DNA of 64,000 nt from Azolla caroliniana (Eukaryota > Plantae > Polypodiophyta): assembly GCA_043228905.1 (NCBI GenBank), contig JBHGNT010000018.1, forward strand, positions 15,438,001 through 15,502,000, written 5' to 3'. Every line of letters starts with the position of its first letter. Positions within the stretch are counted from its first letter, which is position 1. Shown here piece after piece: positions 45,294 to 59,200 of the stretch. The notes beneath the pieces are model-generated. The model saw nothing but the letters and a program-made list of their open reading frames with translations, did no database searches and was not told the DNA's origin. Position numbers and translations under genes: made by a program.

Positions 45294-48200
45294 ATGGCGG
45301 AACCTGCGAAGAAGTACCTCCTTCCTTACCTGCAACGTGCAGATGAATTGCAGAAGCATGAACCCCTCGTGGCGTATTACTGTGAGAATTCGAACCCTCT
45401 TTCCCCTTTTTCTTCTCCTTCTTCTTTTCTTTTTACATTCTCGTACCGTTTTTTTCCATCATAATGAACTGAAAGAAATAAATAGATGAATTCTAGAAGT
45501 TTTTTTCCCGGATTTAATAGGCAATCGCAAATCAATATATGATTAGATTGGGGATTTCATAACGTTTGATCATCATCAAATTAAATCTAGAGGTGTTCTA
45601 TGTGTTTCTATTTTCCTGTATGGATAGAGAAGAATCAAATTATATATATATAAAACTTCCTGTCTTAGTTATCTTGAAATGTTCATTTTAATGACTAAGG
45701 TTTTTAAATAACCATAGTTTTATTTCTAAACAAATTAAACCCTGAAAAGTTAGTTTTTAAATACCTGTAGTACCTACTTATAGATTTGGTGCAGATAGTA
45801 ATGACTCATTGAAAACTATGAGTTTTCAATAAATATAGATTTTTTTTGGATGTAGACATGAATGAAGCTAGGATGCTAAATAATTTTGGGAAACAACTCA
45901 GAAATACCCAAGTTTATCTTTATTTCGCGATATGCTCAAAGTTTTCCTTATTACCCCAAATTGCCCCTGGTAAATTCTAGAAAGAGAGTAAAATGGAATG
46001 GATTAACTATATAATTGCTCAAATAGTGCATATAAATTTGGAAAAGGGGACGACTTGAGCATATAAATGTGGTTGGCCAACAACATCTAGGGAAATAATA
46101 GAATCTAGGGGGCAATTGAGGATGTCAAAGAACAAGTAGATGTACTTTAGGAGTGTCTTTCCTCATGTTCTCTATAGGATGTATCTAGCATTCAACTAGG
46201 CATAAGGACTTTTATTATCTTCTATTCACTTGGGTGTATTTTGGGAGGTTTTTTGGTCATTTTCTCTATATGATTTATCTACCATTCAACTAGGTATAAG
46301 GGCCCTCATGATCTTCTATTGTTGTCTCTTCTTGTAGGCCGCCTCTATGCTATGGAAAGAGGGTTGAAAATACCAGGAAAGGAAAGGACAAAAACGACAA
46401 ATCAAATATTGGTTTCCTTAATGAATCAATTGGAGAAGGTATGTTTTCTTCTCTTAAAAGGATTTTTTTCATATTTGTATATCTTGATGCAATAAGTTAA
46501 AATTTCTAGATTAATTGGTTTGTATAACATGATATTGGCAACGATCAAAGCTGAAGACGCAGGAAATTTTGACTCGTCTCAATTCCTATGTTCACATCAT
46601 ATTCTTTGCTATGTTTTTGTGTAACATCTTTGTACATTTATATATTCTTCATAACACTCTTGTTTTGAATTACTTTTACAGGATAAAAAGGTTATTCAAT
46701 CGAGTCCAGAAGACAGTCTACATGTAGAAGGATTTGCTCTCAGTGTTTTTGCAAAGGCTGATAAGCAAGATAGATCAGGGCAAGCTGACCTGTAAGTCAT
46801 GTTAGCAATTCAATAATGCAATATCTACCCTTTTGCATTAGATATTCTTTTTTATCATCTTGTTTGCATTTTACAGAAATACTGCAAAAACGTTTTATGC
46901 TGCGAGCTTGTTCATTGAAATTTTGCAGCAGTTTGGCCCTTTGGATCCAGATGTGAGTGATAGCCATACCTATATTTCAAATTCAATATACGTGAAAAAC
47001 AATTATCTTATTCATAGTGTCCTTCAGTCTATATTCCGTGCTATTGATAGTGCATACGGTAAGGGTTACATGCACATAGTATGTTGAAAGTTTTGTCTAC
47101 TTGGTTTGTAGATCGAACAAAAGCAAAAATATGCAGTGTGGAAAGCCGCAGATATACGGAAAGCTATCAATGAAGGTAGGAAGCCTGTACCGGGACCTCC
47201 TGGTGGTGATGACGACGATTTGCTGGATTCGTCGAAAGGGGCAAGTTTTGTAAGTAAAATACTTGTATTTAATTACTATTTACAAATAATTTGTCATGTT
47301 AATTGAGGGAGAAATGCAGGCGTTAGATTTAAACCCATGCGTTATCCGCTTGTAGAGCACTTACATATGCTATTTGAGAATTTTATGGTTCATTCATCAC
47401 CTTGCCTCACTCTTTCAGGGGTTGATTAAGGGCATTTGGGAAATAAAGAGAAACACTGGTATTTCAGAGGTTTCCCAATATTTCAACAAACTATGTATGC
47501 TTTAAATAAATCAGTTGAAGTTTTACGACAGTAGTTAATGTATGCATAGATAATAACTCAGTCTGTATCGGATGCTCCTGTTGCAGCTTGTTCTTGTGGT
47601 AGTCAACCCCATGGATAAAGTATTAAAGAGTTAATAAATTAGATAAGACCTTCATTGAATGATGACATATTATAATGTTGTTGGGATAGGAAGTATTTGA
47701 CAGGAGTGATACAATGGTGGTTATTAAGGCATGCACATTTAGATTAAAAATTATAGGAATATCTAGACCAGAGTTCACTTAGGCTTTTTTTGGGGGTTCT
47801 GCTATGTGGAAATTTGGTTCTTTCTTTTTTTCATCACAGTTTTTATATCATGTAATCTCATGAATTTAAATGATTGTGCGTTTCGGTGTCTGTTTTGTAC
47901 AGAAGAGGCTGGATAGCACGGGTACAAGAGCACCTGAATTAAAGCCAGATTTACCACAACTGCCAACAACTAAAGGATTCCTTGATGATAGAGCTACAAG
48001 ACCACCAGATGATGGTTCACTTTCGCAGCAGCCTCCACATGCAAGATTCTCAACGCCGAGTCCAAATCAAGTTCTGCAACCTGATCATGTTGAGCATTCA
48101 GGTAATAACCAACATGGAATTCCTCAACCACCTCATGATTCAAGTCATCATGGCTATACAACGACTTATCCTATCTCACACTACTCTCCTGTCAACACAA

Positions 48201-48934
48201 CAACATTATCTGGAACTCAGTATGGATCTACGCCACCGTCAGATGCTTATAGTGGACCTTCTCACAGTGAAAACTACAACCATGACTATTTGCAAACTTC
48301 GATTGGAGGATTTGCCCATCCAAATGTGCCTACGACATATGTTGATACACCTACATCTTTATCTGGAAGTCAGTATGGATCAGTGCCACACTCAGATGCA
48401 TATGGTGGACAGCCTCACAATGAAAAGTATATTAATGACTATGCACAAAATGCTATGGGAGGATCTGTCCACCCAAATATGTATTCTGTTCAAACAGGAT
48501 TTGTCCACCCAAATATACCTCCTACACAAACAGGATTTGCCCACCCTAATATGGCTACCACACAAACAAGTTTTGCCCGCCCAAATATGCCTACTACTCA
48601 TGTTGGGAGCAATGGAGGATTGGAAGAAGCTAGTACTTATTATCAATCTCAAGAGGGCACAAGTCCAAGCATAGCTACATACCCTTCTTCATTGACACCA
48701 GTAAATACAATATATGGTTCTTTCAGTGAACATACAAATGGATTAGAGAGGATCGCTAGTGCTCCTTTACCGACATCTAAAACAGAGCATTATCAGCCCC
48801 CTCCTGACAAGATTGCAGAAGCACAAAAGGCTGCAAAGTTTGCTGTTAGTGCCCTTTCCTTTGATGATATCCCAACTGCCATTTCGTATTTGCAACGTTC
48901 CATTGAGTTGTTGACGAGACCTTCTCTTGCATGA
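45294..48934 (+). CDS. LIP5: LIP5/VTA1 (VPS4/SKD1 activator, ESCRT); exons 45294-45381, 46338-46438, 46682-46791, 46877-46952, 47112-47249, 47903-48934; 514 aa
   Basis: All introns GT-AG and in frame. MIT region LLPYLQRADELQKHEPLVAYYCRLYAMERGL...KQKYAVWKAADIRKA; VSL tail KIAEAQKAAKFAVSALSFDDIPTAISYL. Confidence 0.93.
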
Positions 48935-50200
48935 TTTTGATGTTTGTGAGAAGAAACATAGTGTGATGGTTAGTGTAATACATTCATATGTGATATTGTC
49001 CATGTGTTTTAACAGATGTCTTCAAACTTGTAAAGCATCTAAAAGATATTCTCATTTCCTCCCTTTTCATTGTCTTTTGTGAAGAATAATATGAGCTGCC
49101 CCACCTTTGTGTTGTAACTTATTTGTTTTAACATTTTTCAACTGTTTGGAGCTTTGAATAAGATTGCGAAAATGAGCACCAATGAACATGGTGTTGAACA
49201 TTCTGAACATACGATGCAAGATTTCGTTGATTGAATATGAATAGCACTTTTTGCTTGTACACATGAAAGCCCAAGAATCCATCAATCTAAAATTTAACTA
49301 CCGCTAAACTACATTTTTTTTTTCCCAATATACTTACCGCTAAACGGTGATATTATCTAAAATCATTTTGGTAAGATTTGACAAATCCATATGGATGAGA
49401 CCTTTTGTCCAAGTCATTTCATAAGTCACCATTTTCTTAATTGATCTTGAGGATATTAAATATGGTAGTCTCAAAGATGATAACGTTTAAATTAAGGCAA
49501 TGGGAATTGGTGGCTTGAGTATATTAGATTCAGAACACATCAATGAGAGATATCTAAAGTTAGCATGCCCTCATATTACATTAGCCTTTATCTTTATTAA
49601 TGTAATATATATGTATAGCAAAACCATTTTGTTCCTAAGCTCATTGGTATTAATCATTAAATCCACATTGTTCCTTTCAAGTTCATTGCTTTAAGTTTTG
49701 GAGATATTTCAAAGTGTTGAATTTTATTTGAGGTGTTTTGAATGGCTTTTTATACAAGTTCTTCACATTCCAGATTTTTTAGGAGTTGGCCTATCGCTCA
49801 CAATCTCTATCAATTCATGGTGCAAAAAAGATGGAAATGTACCAAATATCAAATAGCATGTAAAGCATCATAAATAAAAATCTACCTAAATGAGATGCAA
49901 ATGTACCCAATTAATTACCATGTAGCTTTGTCGTACAAAACCGACCATGATTGTTCAATAGTTGTTTATATTATTTCCATCTCCTCTTTATGGAGAGAGA
50001 GAGAGAGAGAGAGATGGATACCAATTTGAAACTTCTATGTGCACAAATACCCCTTTTTTGGTCTAATAAAAATGAATTAATAGGTTATTGCTAACTTTTA
50101 TGTGTACTTCCATAAAGCTCCACATAAACCAACCTTATCTGTTTCCTATAAATTGCATTCAGAGTTGCCAATGCATCATACAAGATGTTATCATTACATG

Positions 50201-50672
50201 GACAGAAAGGTGTACCAGGGTATTTTCCGCACACAAACGCCCTCCAGTTGAATCGATTAAGCTAATTTGGCACACACTCATAACTACACTAAGAGCTCAA
50301 TATGAGCGGATTAATGGTACTAATGATGTTGCAGACCTAATGAGGCTGAATTTTCGAAAAAGATGGTGTACGACACCGATGGCCGTAGCAAATGGAATGG
50401 ATATACTATGGAAGTATGATGTACCCAGATGGTTGTTTCCCCCTCCCATTAGTTGAACGAGGGGCGTGAAAGACATGGCAAGTGGGATAGTGAAGGTAGG
50501 TGATGTATCTGAAAGGATGGCTTGAGTCATATGTAAAAGTGTAAGATAAATAAGTGAGATCTCGTATGTAGGCTAGGATAATCTTGGCACGGCCTACCTG
50601 AGAAAGGGACCGTGTTCATGTATATTTTAACTAATGGAGTATATTCTCTTTTAGAAAAAAAAAGAAAAAAAG
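50201..50672 (+). mobile_element. 5'-truncated L1-type LINE insertion
   Basis: 19 bp TSD AAGATGTTATCATTACATG (50182-50200 and 50673-50691); A-rich tail 50654-50672; ORF2-like C-terminus WTERCTRVF...PRWLFPPPIS*. Confidence 0.85.
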
Positions 50673-51285
50673 AAGATGTTATCATTACATGTGAATAGCA
50701 GCATTAACATGCATTACGAAGTCAAAAAATTTGTTCTTATAGTTGTTATCTGACAATGGGGATGTTCTTATAGTTGTTCGTACAAATAGATACCCATTTA
50801 ATAGAGAAATTTTATATTTAAACATTTGAAGAGGCCAAACTTATCTATGAGGGCTAAAAAGGAAAAAGTCTCAATGCAATGTAACACAACGAGGGAGGTG
50901 TTACACATAGACATATAGGTGCTTGAGGGAAGATTTTTGTACAAGTACTCACTAGTAGGTTACAACGCATGGCATATATACAAAGAAAGTTTAGATACAT
51001 GGGCACAATGTGCTTTGCTATTTCAATTGCCAAAAGGGGCAAACCAAATCTAGTAACGTTGAATTGACATGAATATGAGAATTGTTTTTTAATCCAATAC
51101 CATTTTACGAAATGAATTAATGATTGTACTATGATATGCTAAGAGGAAGCCCTTATTATACTACACCAAAGGACTGACAACAAATATGCCAACTAGATGA
51201 ACAAAAGCTCAACTTTGATGGAGCCACATATGTTATATGATTGAGAAGGTATAGATAGAGAATAGAGGTTTAGGTGGGTTGGGCA

Positions 51286-51822
51286 TAACAATCGGCAATG
51301 GTTCGGTTCGGTTCGGTTTGAGAGGGTCCAAACCAAACCGTTTAAATTTTTTGAAACTTGAACCAAACCAAACCGAACTGCGAAAACTTTAAACCGAACC
51401 GTTAAACATTTTTCAAACCGTTAAACCTTTAAACCGTAAAAACCGCGGTTTTGTGGTTCGGTTTCGGTTTTCAACATAGGTCAATTTTTTATTTTTATTT
51501 TTTTAAAAAATTTATAATATTTCATTATTTAGAATTTTTAAAATTTTTAAGATGTTCCTAAAATGTGAGAATAAGAGTAAAAATGAAAAGATTGTTTAAA
51601 AACAAGTTTTAGAAATTTTTAGAAATTTTTTAAATTTAAAATTTTTTTTTTTAAAAATGAAAACCGTTAAACCATGGTTTTTGACTGCTGAAACCAAACC
51701 AAAACCGAACCGAATCGTTTAAAAAAACCTAAACCTGAACCGAACTGTTGAAACCATTAAGCTGTTAAACCGCGGTTTTGCGGTTCGGTTCAGTTCAGTT
51801 GCCGAACCGTTGCCGATTGTTA
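51286..51822. mobile_element. Non-autonomous hAT element / MITE, 537 bp
   Basis: TIR TAACAATCGGCAA(T/C)GGTTCGG; perfect 8 bp TSD GTTGGGCA (51278-51285 and 51823-51830); AACCG-rich subtermini with an AT-rich core. Confidence 0.93.
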
Positions 51823-52295
51823 GTTGGGCATTCACATGTTTCAAGGATTTTGGCGACTTATTTTATGGAACCAATGTTTTTTGTGTTGCATCAACAAGAG
51901 AGGGGATATATATACATTCATTTGTTATTGGGCAAACCCGAAGAAATCAACTCCTTATGTCACGCGACCAATTGTTACGTGGGACATCATCAGGCAACCA
52001 GACAATGTGAACCAAGCCTAAGGTGATGTTCACGACAAACTGGGAAACAAGCGTTTTTTTACATGTGTTGGGAGCCATCACCAATGGCATGGAGTCCAAA
52101 CATTGCCTTTATTTTTTATGTGAAGAAATGATTTGGTGCCGACACTTGGTTCCGAACATAAGCATGGGCGAAGCCACAAAGAGTGAAGTACTTTTAACGT
52201 AGTTTCCATGACCCATGAGTTTGTGCCCAGGGATCAATCAAAAACTCGGAAGGTCCCGACGATCGCCCCGCCTGGGGCCGAGAGTGTGAACCTAC

Positions 52296-52298
<3 letters not shown>

Positions 52299-52347
<49 letters not shown>

Positions 52348-52446
52348 GTTGATGTATCGGGGCATTCACTCTTTTCTTTGTAAGACAGTGTTGATCTCTC
52401 TCACTTCCTCTTCTATTGAAAGCAGAGAACAAGGACCACAGGTATG

Positions 52447-52510
<64 letters not shown>

Positions 52511-52706
52511 GTGTGTTTGTGTTTATGTCTAAATGTATGTGTATATGTATACGTATATCCATACATGGCTATATGTGTGTGTTTATGTCTAAATGTATGT
52601 GTATATGTATATCCATATATGGCTATATGTATGTATGTATGTACGTACGTACGTGTGTGTGTATGTATGTATGTATGTATGTATGTATGTATGTATGTAT
52701 GCATGT
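52299..52706. repeat. Microsatellite cluster (AG)n, (CT)n(AT)n, (GTAT)n around a putative 5' UTR exon (donor CAG|GTATGC at 52441/52442)
   Basis: Direct reading. Confidence 0.85.
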
Positions 52707-53283
52707 GAAAAAGAATCTTGGGGACACCTAATAAAGAAACTTTCTGTATGTGTAGTGTATGGTCAAGTTGTTGGACCCAACATGATGATTGGAAGTGATC
52801 CTTGTAGGATCTTGAAGAAAAACTCATCAAGCACTTGAACTTTGCATAGAGTTTCCATGCCTTGAATCAAAGAATAGGATAAGAGTTTATGTCAACAGTT
52901 AATGTCATAGATAACATTTAGCCTATTGTCAAGGTGTATGTCAAGATGTACAGAAGATGGATCGAAATGTTGCAATGTTCCCTGTATGGATGAAAAATGA
53001 CACTTTCAACATTTAGAAATGATCCTTGTATATATCAAAATGCTGCATTTATCGTAGTGAATTGTGTAATGATAGTGGATTTTGATTTTCATCTGTTCAA
53101 TACTGATGAAGAAGTGTGAAAGTGCAAATAAAGTCCATTGTTTTCTGCTGCCTCAGTGTGAATTTGTCTACAAGTTCCCTTTGGTTCACCATACTTGTGA
53201 AGTGTTTCATTGCAAAATATATTATCTTTGTCACCTAAACCATGAACATATCCTTCTATTCTATTTTTGTTACAGCACTAGTT

Positions 53284-56200
53284 ATGACTCTACAAAATGT
53301 TGCCAAAGATTCTCAACCAGACCTCGCACAACAGGTTTGTCCATTTTTTCCATCATGTATGTATGTGTTACCATTTGTCTCATGTTGCATTCTTGTCGAA
53401 TATCTTTATGGCATCAATGAGAATTTGGGTAAGCAATTAAGATATTGTGTAGATCTAAGAAAGAGGGAACATTAATTCCAACATGCCACTACATCATCAT
53501 CATAAACTCTAAACTGTTTGGGGTTAACTGTGACATAGAAATTGAAACGAAAAACAATATAGGTCTCAAGAAGGAAGTTTAATATATAGGGAAAATGTTT
53601 GGAGAGACCAGAATATCCAGGTATAATTTTGGTCTCTTGAAAGACAATAATATAGATTTTTGTCTTCCTAACTTCTTTGTAAAAGGTCCTCTTTGCTTCT
53701 AAGCTTTCTACTTCACAATATATTTCAAAAAGCTGACGCAATATATTTATAGACAGGAACTCAGTAAAATTTTAAACCACCCTTTTATGGTATTGATTCT
53801 ATGCGAGAAAAATCCCTCACTTATGACCTTGTTGTGTGCGTTATACACCCAATCCGTCAGGCGTCATAGCCATTTTCTTTAGCCATGTCATGAACTAGTT
53901 AAAGAAAGAACAATGAATTATCATGATTATATATCATGCATGACTCACAATAGAATGATAATTGTAATCTGATCTTGTAATAGGTACACAAATTTGAAGT
54001 AGCTTGTGCTGAACTGAAAGGGTTGCATCCATCAAGAGTAAGTGTTCTTTCTGAAGCAATATTTACAAGATCTCTTCTACTATTCTACAGTCACTGTGTA
54101 TGCATACACACAGAGAGGACAGGAGCTATTAACTAATTATACATTGAGGGGAAAAAATAGAAATCTATTTATTGCAATGATGATCTACCATACATTATTT
54201 GCTTTGGTCTTGTGCAAAGAAAACCTAATTTATTGATAGAAATAAAGTATCCTACTTTACCTTTTTTTTATGTTTTTACGTAGAGAACTCTTTTTTATTG
54301 AGAAGAAAGAAGTTTCTTACTTCTCAATTGATGTCTTGGTATAAAAAAACCCAATCCCTCGGTACAAGTGTATGTTAACAATAGATCAAATCAAAAGATA
54401 TACGCGAAGCTGTAAGTCAAATGCAGCCACTGAAATATGAAGGGAAAACTTGAAAGTAGGATGGAGACCAGAGGGCAAAAGGGGGTTGTCCCTATTCAGA
54501 GAAAGAGACACAAGGTTAGGGTAAAATCCTTGACTCTGCAGAGCTCCAATGTCAAGGGGGTATGAATCCTATAGAGAAGCAGCGCACTCGTTTATATCAA
54601 AATAAATGACTTGACAAGTGACAAGGCTACCATCCTTATTACAGAGTAGGTCGGCAGTAGGCCACCACTTTTCTTATAGAATAAAAGGCACCTATGCTTT
54701 TACTCCAACAACCTCCCTCTTAAAGAATCTAGGTGACTCCCATTAGCTGAAGGGAGTGCCAATGAAGTAACTTGGATAGACAGATCAAGCGATTGTCAAT
54801 CACCTCATGAATGAAGTGATACCAGACATTGATTTCTTTTTCTGCATGAAAAGTTAAATTCTTTGCCTGTCACTTTGACTATCACTGTGTAAGACTGGAA
54901 CTTGTTGCAGAAGTTCTAGATTGTTACATAAGTGGGCCAATCAAGTGGTTTCTGTGGGAGCCTCTGTACCTGAGATGTACTCAGCTTCCATAGTAGAAAT
55001 TGCAACTATCCACTGAAGTTGGGTGCTCCATGAAATAGCACCTCATGAAAGTCTTAATATGTATCCACCAGAAGACTTCTGAGTATCCACATTGCTGTCT
55101 ATGTCAGAATCACAGTTTCCTTGGAGATTTAGATCCAATTTGCCAGAGCATAGGAACTTTGCCTTTATGCTGTGAAGATATCTGAGTATGGACTTGACTG
55201 CTGGCCAATGCCTCCATCCAAATTGAGACATCGTACTGCATATGCAATGTCTAGATGTGTTGCTGCCATAGTGCACATTAATTATTTGTAAGTTGAAGCT
55301 TATGGAAAAGTTCACATCTCGTCTGATGCTGCATCAATAGTAATACAGTCTTCCCTAGAAGCTTTTCTCGAGGCTGATGTGATATTGAAAGTGGCGTAGC
55401 ATCAGCCATGTGAAAATCTTTCAAACGCCTTAATATACTTCTCTTGACATTATACATAGAAACAATAACTTCTTTGCCTGATCATGCCTAGAATATGACC
55501 CGCATGTCCAAATTCTGCCATAGTGAATGCATGTTTGAGTTTGTCTTTTAGCTTTTGCAGAGTCTTGTCATGTTCCCCTGTAATTTACATTTCATCAACA
55601 CACAAAACTAATATGAGAGGCTTCCATCTTCATCCTTTGTGCAGAAATAGTGATCTCACTGACTTCAAATGAAACCTTGCAGAGCATGGAGTTAAATTTC
55701 TTGTACCATTCAAACACATGCACACCCACACCCACACCCACACCCACACCCACACGCACCCACACGCGCCGGCATACGTACGCACACGCATCCGCACACG
55801 TGTGCGCACTCCTACCTTGTATATATTTTTAAAGTTGTGGGCCTTTGTTTTGCAGAACTGCTTCTGCATTCTTTAATCCATACATACGTACATACATACA
55901 TGTGTGTGTGCACTCCTACCTCATATATATTTTTAAGTTATGGACCTTTGTTTTGCAGAACTGCTTCTGCATTCTTTAATCCCTCCTGTGTTAAACCCCA
56001 TACTTGTTTTTAGTTTCTATAAGATATTTCAGAAAACAGTTATTCTATCTTCTCCTTCTTTTCAATTGGTATCAGGGCGAGCATTGCATCCTTTCAGGAT
56101 CTTCATTGCTTTGTCTTCCACCTTGAATAAGTCGGAGTTTTTTGTTTTTCGTGTCTGTTCTGCATTCCTTCTTTCACCATGGCAAATACATCAGCCAATG

Positions 56201-59200
56201 CTGGGGTAAAATTCAGGAAATTTGATGGCACTGGGTTCAACTTATGGAAGGTTAGAATGGAAAGCACACTTTATTTACAAGGATGTGCAGAAGCATTGGA
56301 CAAAAACAAATCACCTGGTATGGATGATGCAACTTGGAAAATGCTCAATCGTAAGGCAGTTGCCCACATTTACATGCCAGTATCAGATGAAATTTTAGGA
56401 AACATCAAGGGGCTGACCATTAGTCATGAGGTATGGAGAAAAGTGAAGATTATGTACGAGATAACCACTGTGTTGAATCATGTTCACTTGATGAGAAGGC
56501 TCATCACCACACGACTTGAACATGCCAAGTTTGCAACTGAACACATCTCCACATTCAATGATCTACAAACCAATTCTATTGCCAGAAGAAGATGGACGAC
56601 ACAATAGGGAAAATTTAGACCTTGAAGATGAAGATCAAATACAATTACCTACAAATGAAGAAAATACTACTGAACTATAGCAAGGAGATATTCCATTAAA
56701 TTTGGAAGAGATAATGTAGACAACTGGGTTAGGAGATCAACATGGTTGAGGCGTCAAACCCAAATGTATGATCCATCTCTTCATCAAATTCTTTTAACAG
56801 ATGAAGGGGAGCCTCTCACTCTTAAAGAGGCTAGGACATGTGAGCATTCTAACATGTGGGAGCTTGCTATGGAAGAGGAGATCAAAGCACTCCATGAGAA
56901 TAATATGTGGGATCTTGTGGAGCTATCCAAAGGTAAAAAGGCTATACCCAACAAGTGGGTCTACAAGGTAAAGACTCTAGAAGGTAATCCCAAGTATAAG
57001 GTTCGTTTAGTAGCCAAAGAGTACAAACAAATATAAGGAATTGATGTTCAAAAGGTTTTTGCTCCAGTAGTCGAAATAACTATACTTCACTTTTAGTTAT
57101 TTCAGCCTTTTTGGATTCAGAGTTATATCTAATGGATGTAAAGACGACTTTCCTTCATGGAAGCCTAGATGAAGAGCTTTATATCTCGTAGCTTGAGGGT
57201 TACTAATTCCAGGAAAAGAGCATTTAGTTTGTAAACTTCAACGCAACCTCTATGGCTTAAACAAGCCCCATGTCTTTAGCATAAGAACTTTGATTCTTTC
57301 ATGCTCTCAAATTGCTTCACTCGAAGTAAGGCTGATCCTTTTCTCAATATGAAAAAGAAAACTTGTGGCAGTGTTGTTATCTTGGTTTTGTATGTTGATG
57401 ATATGCTCATTGCAGGAAAGCATGAAACAGCTTTGCAGGAATTAAAATGCATATTCAAATGTGCATTTTCTATGAAAGATCACAGAAATGCTGAGCACAT
57501 TCTTGGGATAAGTTCAGACGGGACAGGCAAAAGAAGTTACTATTTGTATCCCAAGAGAAAGTACATTGAGAAGGTATTGGAAATATTTCAGATTGATGCA
57601 AAGCCATCTTCAGTGCCTCTTCAACCACAAGTAAAGCATTGAAAAGCACACTATCCCAAAGACAAAGACGGAACAGAAAAAATGCAGGCTATCCCATATG
57701 CTTCAACTTGTGAATCATTAATGATGAAATGGTATCAACACGGCCTGATATTGCATATGCAGTAGTAGTAAGCAGATTTATGAGTCAACCTGGATGAAAC
57801 CTTTAGGCTGCAATCAAGTCTATATACGGTGACGAGGGTGAAATGGGGTATAGATTGTGGGATCCCGAGAAAAGAAAAATAGTATACAGCAATGATTTTA
57901 TCTTCTGGGAAAATTGCATGCATAAACAACCCGAAAAGACCGAGGAAGTATGTAGGGTTTTATTCCGAGAAGAAATACCTTTTAGACAGAAAAATGTGCC
58001 CGCTGCAGCAAACACGTGCGGTAAACTTACCAGCAACTGCAGAAAATGAGGCTGGAAATGATCAGCCAGCTTTTGCCCATAATGACGAACCACCAAATGT
58101 GCAGGGACGGCTAGAACAGCAAGCTGCTAATGCTGATTTGCAGGCTCAACAGCTACCAAACAATGAGCATTGGGTTAGGAGATTGTCTAGAGTTACTAGA
58201 CAACCTGACAGATTTGTTCCTGATGCAAACAATGTGGCTGATTATGTCATGGTGACTGATTGTGGTGAACCATCTTGCGTCAAGGAAGGAATGGACAGAC
58301 AGGACAACAAGAAATGGTATAAAGCCATGTTGTCAGAGATGGAATCTCTTGAGAAAAATGACACTTTTGATTTGGTGCAGTTGCCTAAAGGGCAGAAAAC
58401 ACTTCCATGCAAATGGGTTTATAAAATGAAGGTCATTTCTGATTCCTCGCCAAAGTACAAAGCAAGATTGGTTGCAAAAGGATACAATCACAAATATGGA
58501 GTTGATTTTGATGAGATCTTCTCGCATGTAGTTGAGATGACTACATTAAGAACCATTTTGGGCTTAGTTGCAGCGAAGATATGGAGCTCATACAGATGGA
58601 TGTGAAGACCTCCTTTTTACATGGTGATCTGCATGAAGACATATACATGCAGCAGCCTGAAGGTTTTGTCAAAGAGAAGATGGTTTGTAAGCTCAAAAGG
58701 AGTTTGTATGTGTTGAAACAAGCACCAAGAGAATGGTATCATAAATTTGATACATTTATGCAGTCTCAAGGTTTTCGTAGAAGTCAAGTGGACCACTGCT
58801 TGTACACCAAGAAGGCAGGAGATGGCAGCCTGATTATCTGGGTTCTGTATGTTGATTGCTGGCAAGGATATTCATACGAGCCTTGGATTCATTGAAGCAA
58901 AGCCTTCATGGCAGCTTTGATATGAAGGATCTTTGTGATGCAAATCACATCCTTGGCATGCGAATACTCCGAATCTGGTTGAAAAGGGTACTCTTTCTAT
59001 GTCAGCAAGAGTATATCTCTAAGGTTTTGCAGTGTTTCAATATGGAGGGGGGAAAACAATTGGGGTTCCATTGTCTCCATATTTGAAACTCAGTGCAGAA
59101 GACTGCCCTACTTTTGACGGTGAGAAGGCTGAAATGGCTAATGTTATGCCTCAGCCGTTGGCAGTTTGATATATCCGATGGTTGCTACACACCCTGATAT

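Noticed and set aside
47982-48674. 230-aa overlapping ORF in LIP5 exon 6
   Set aside because: Alternative frame of a repetitive low-complexity exon; no independent support.
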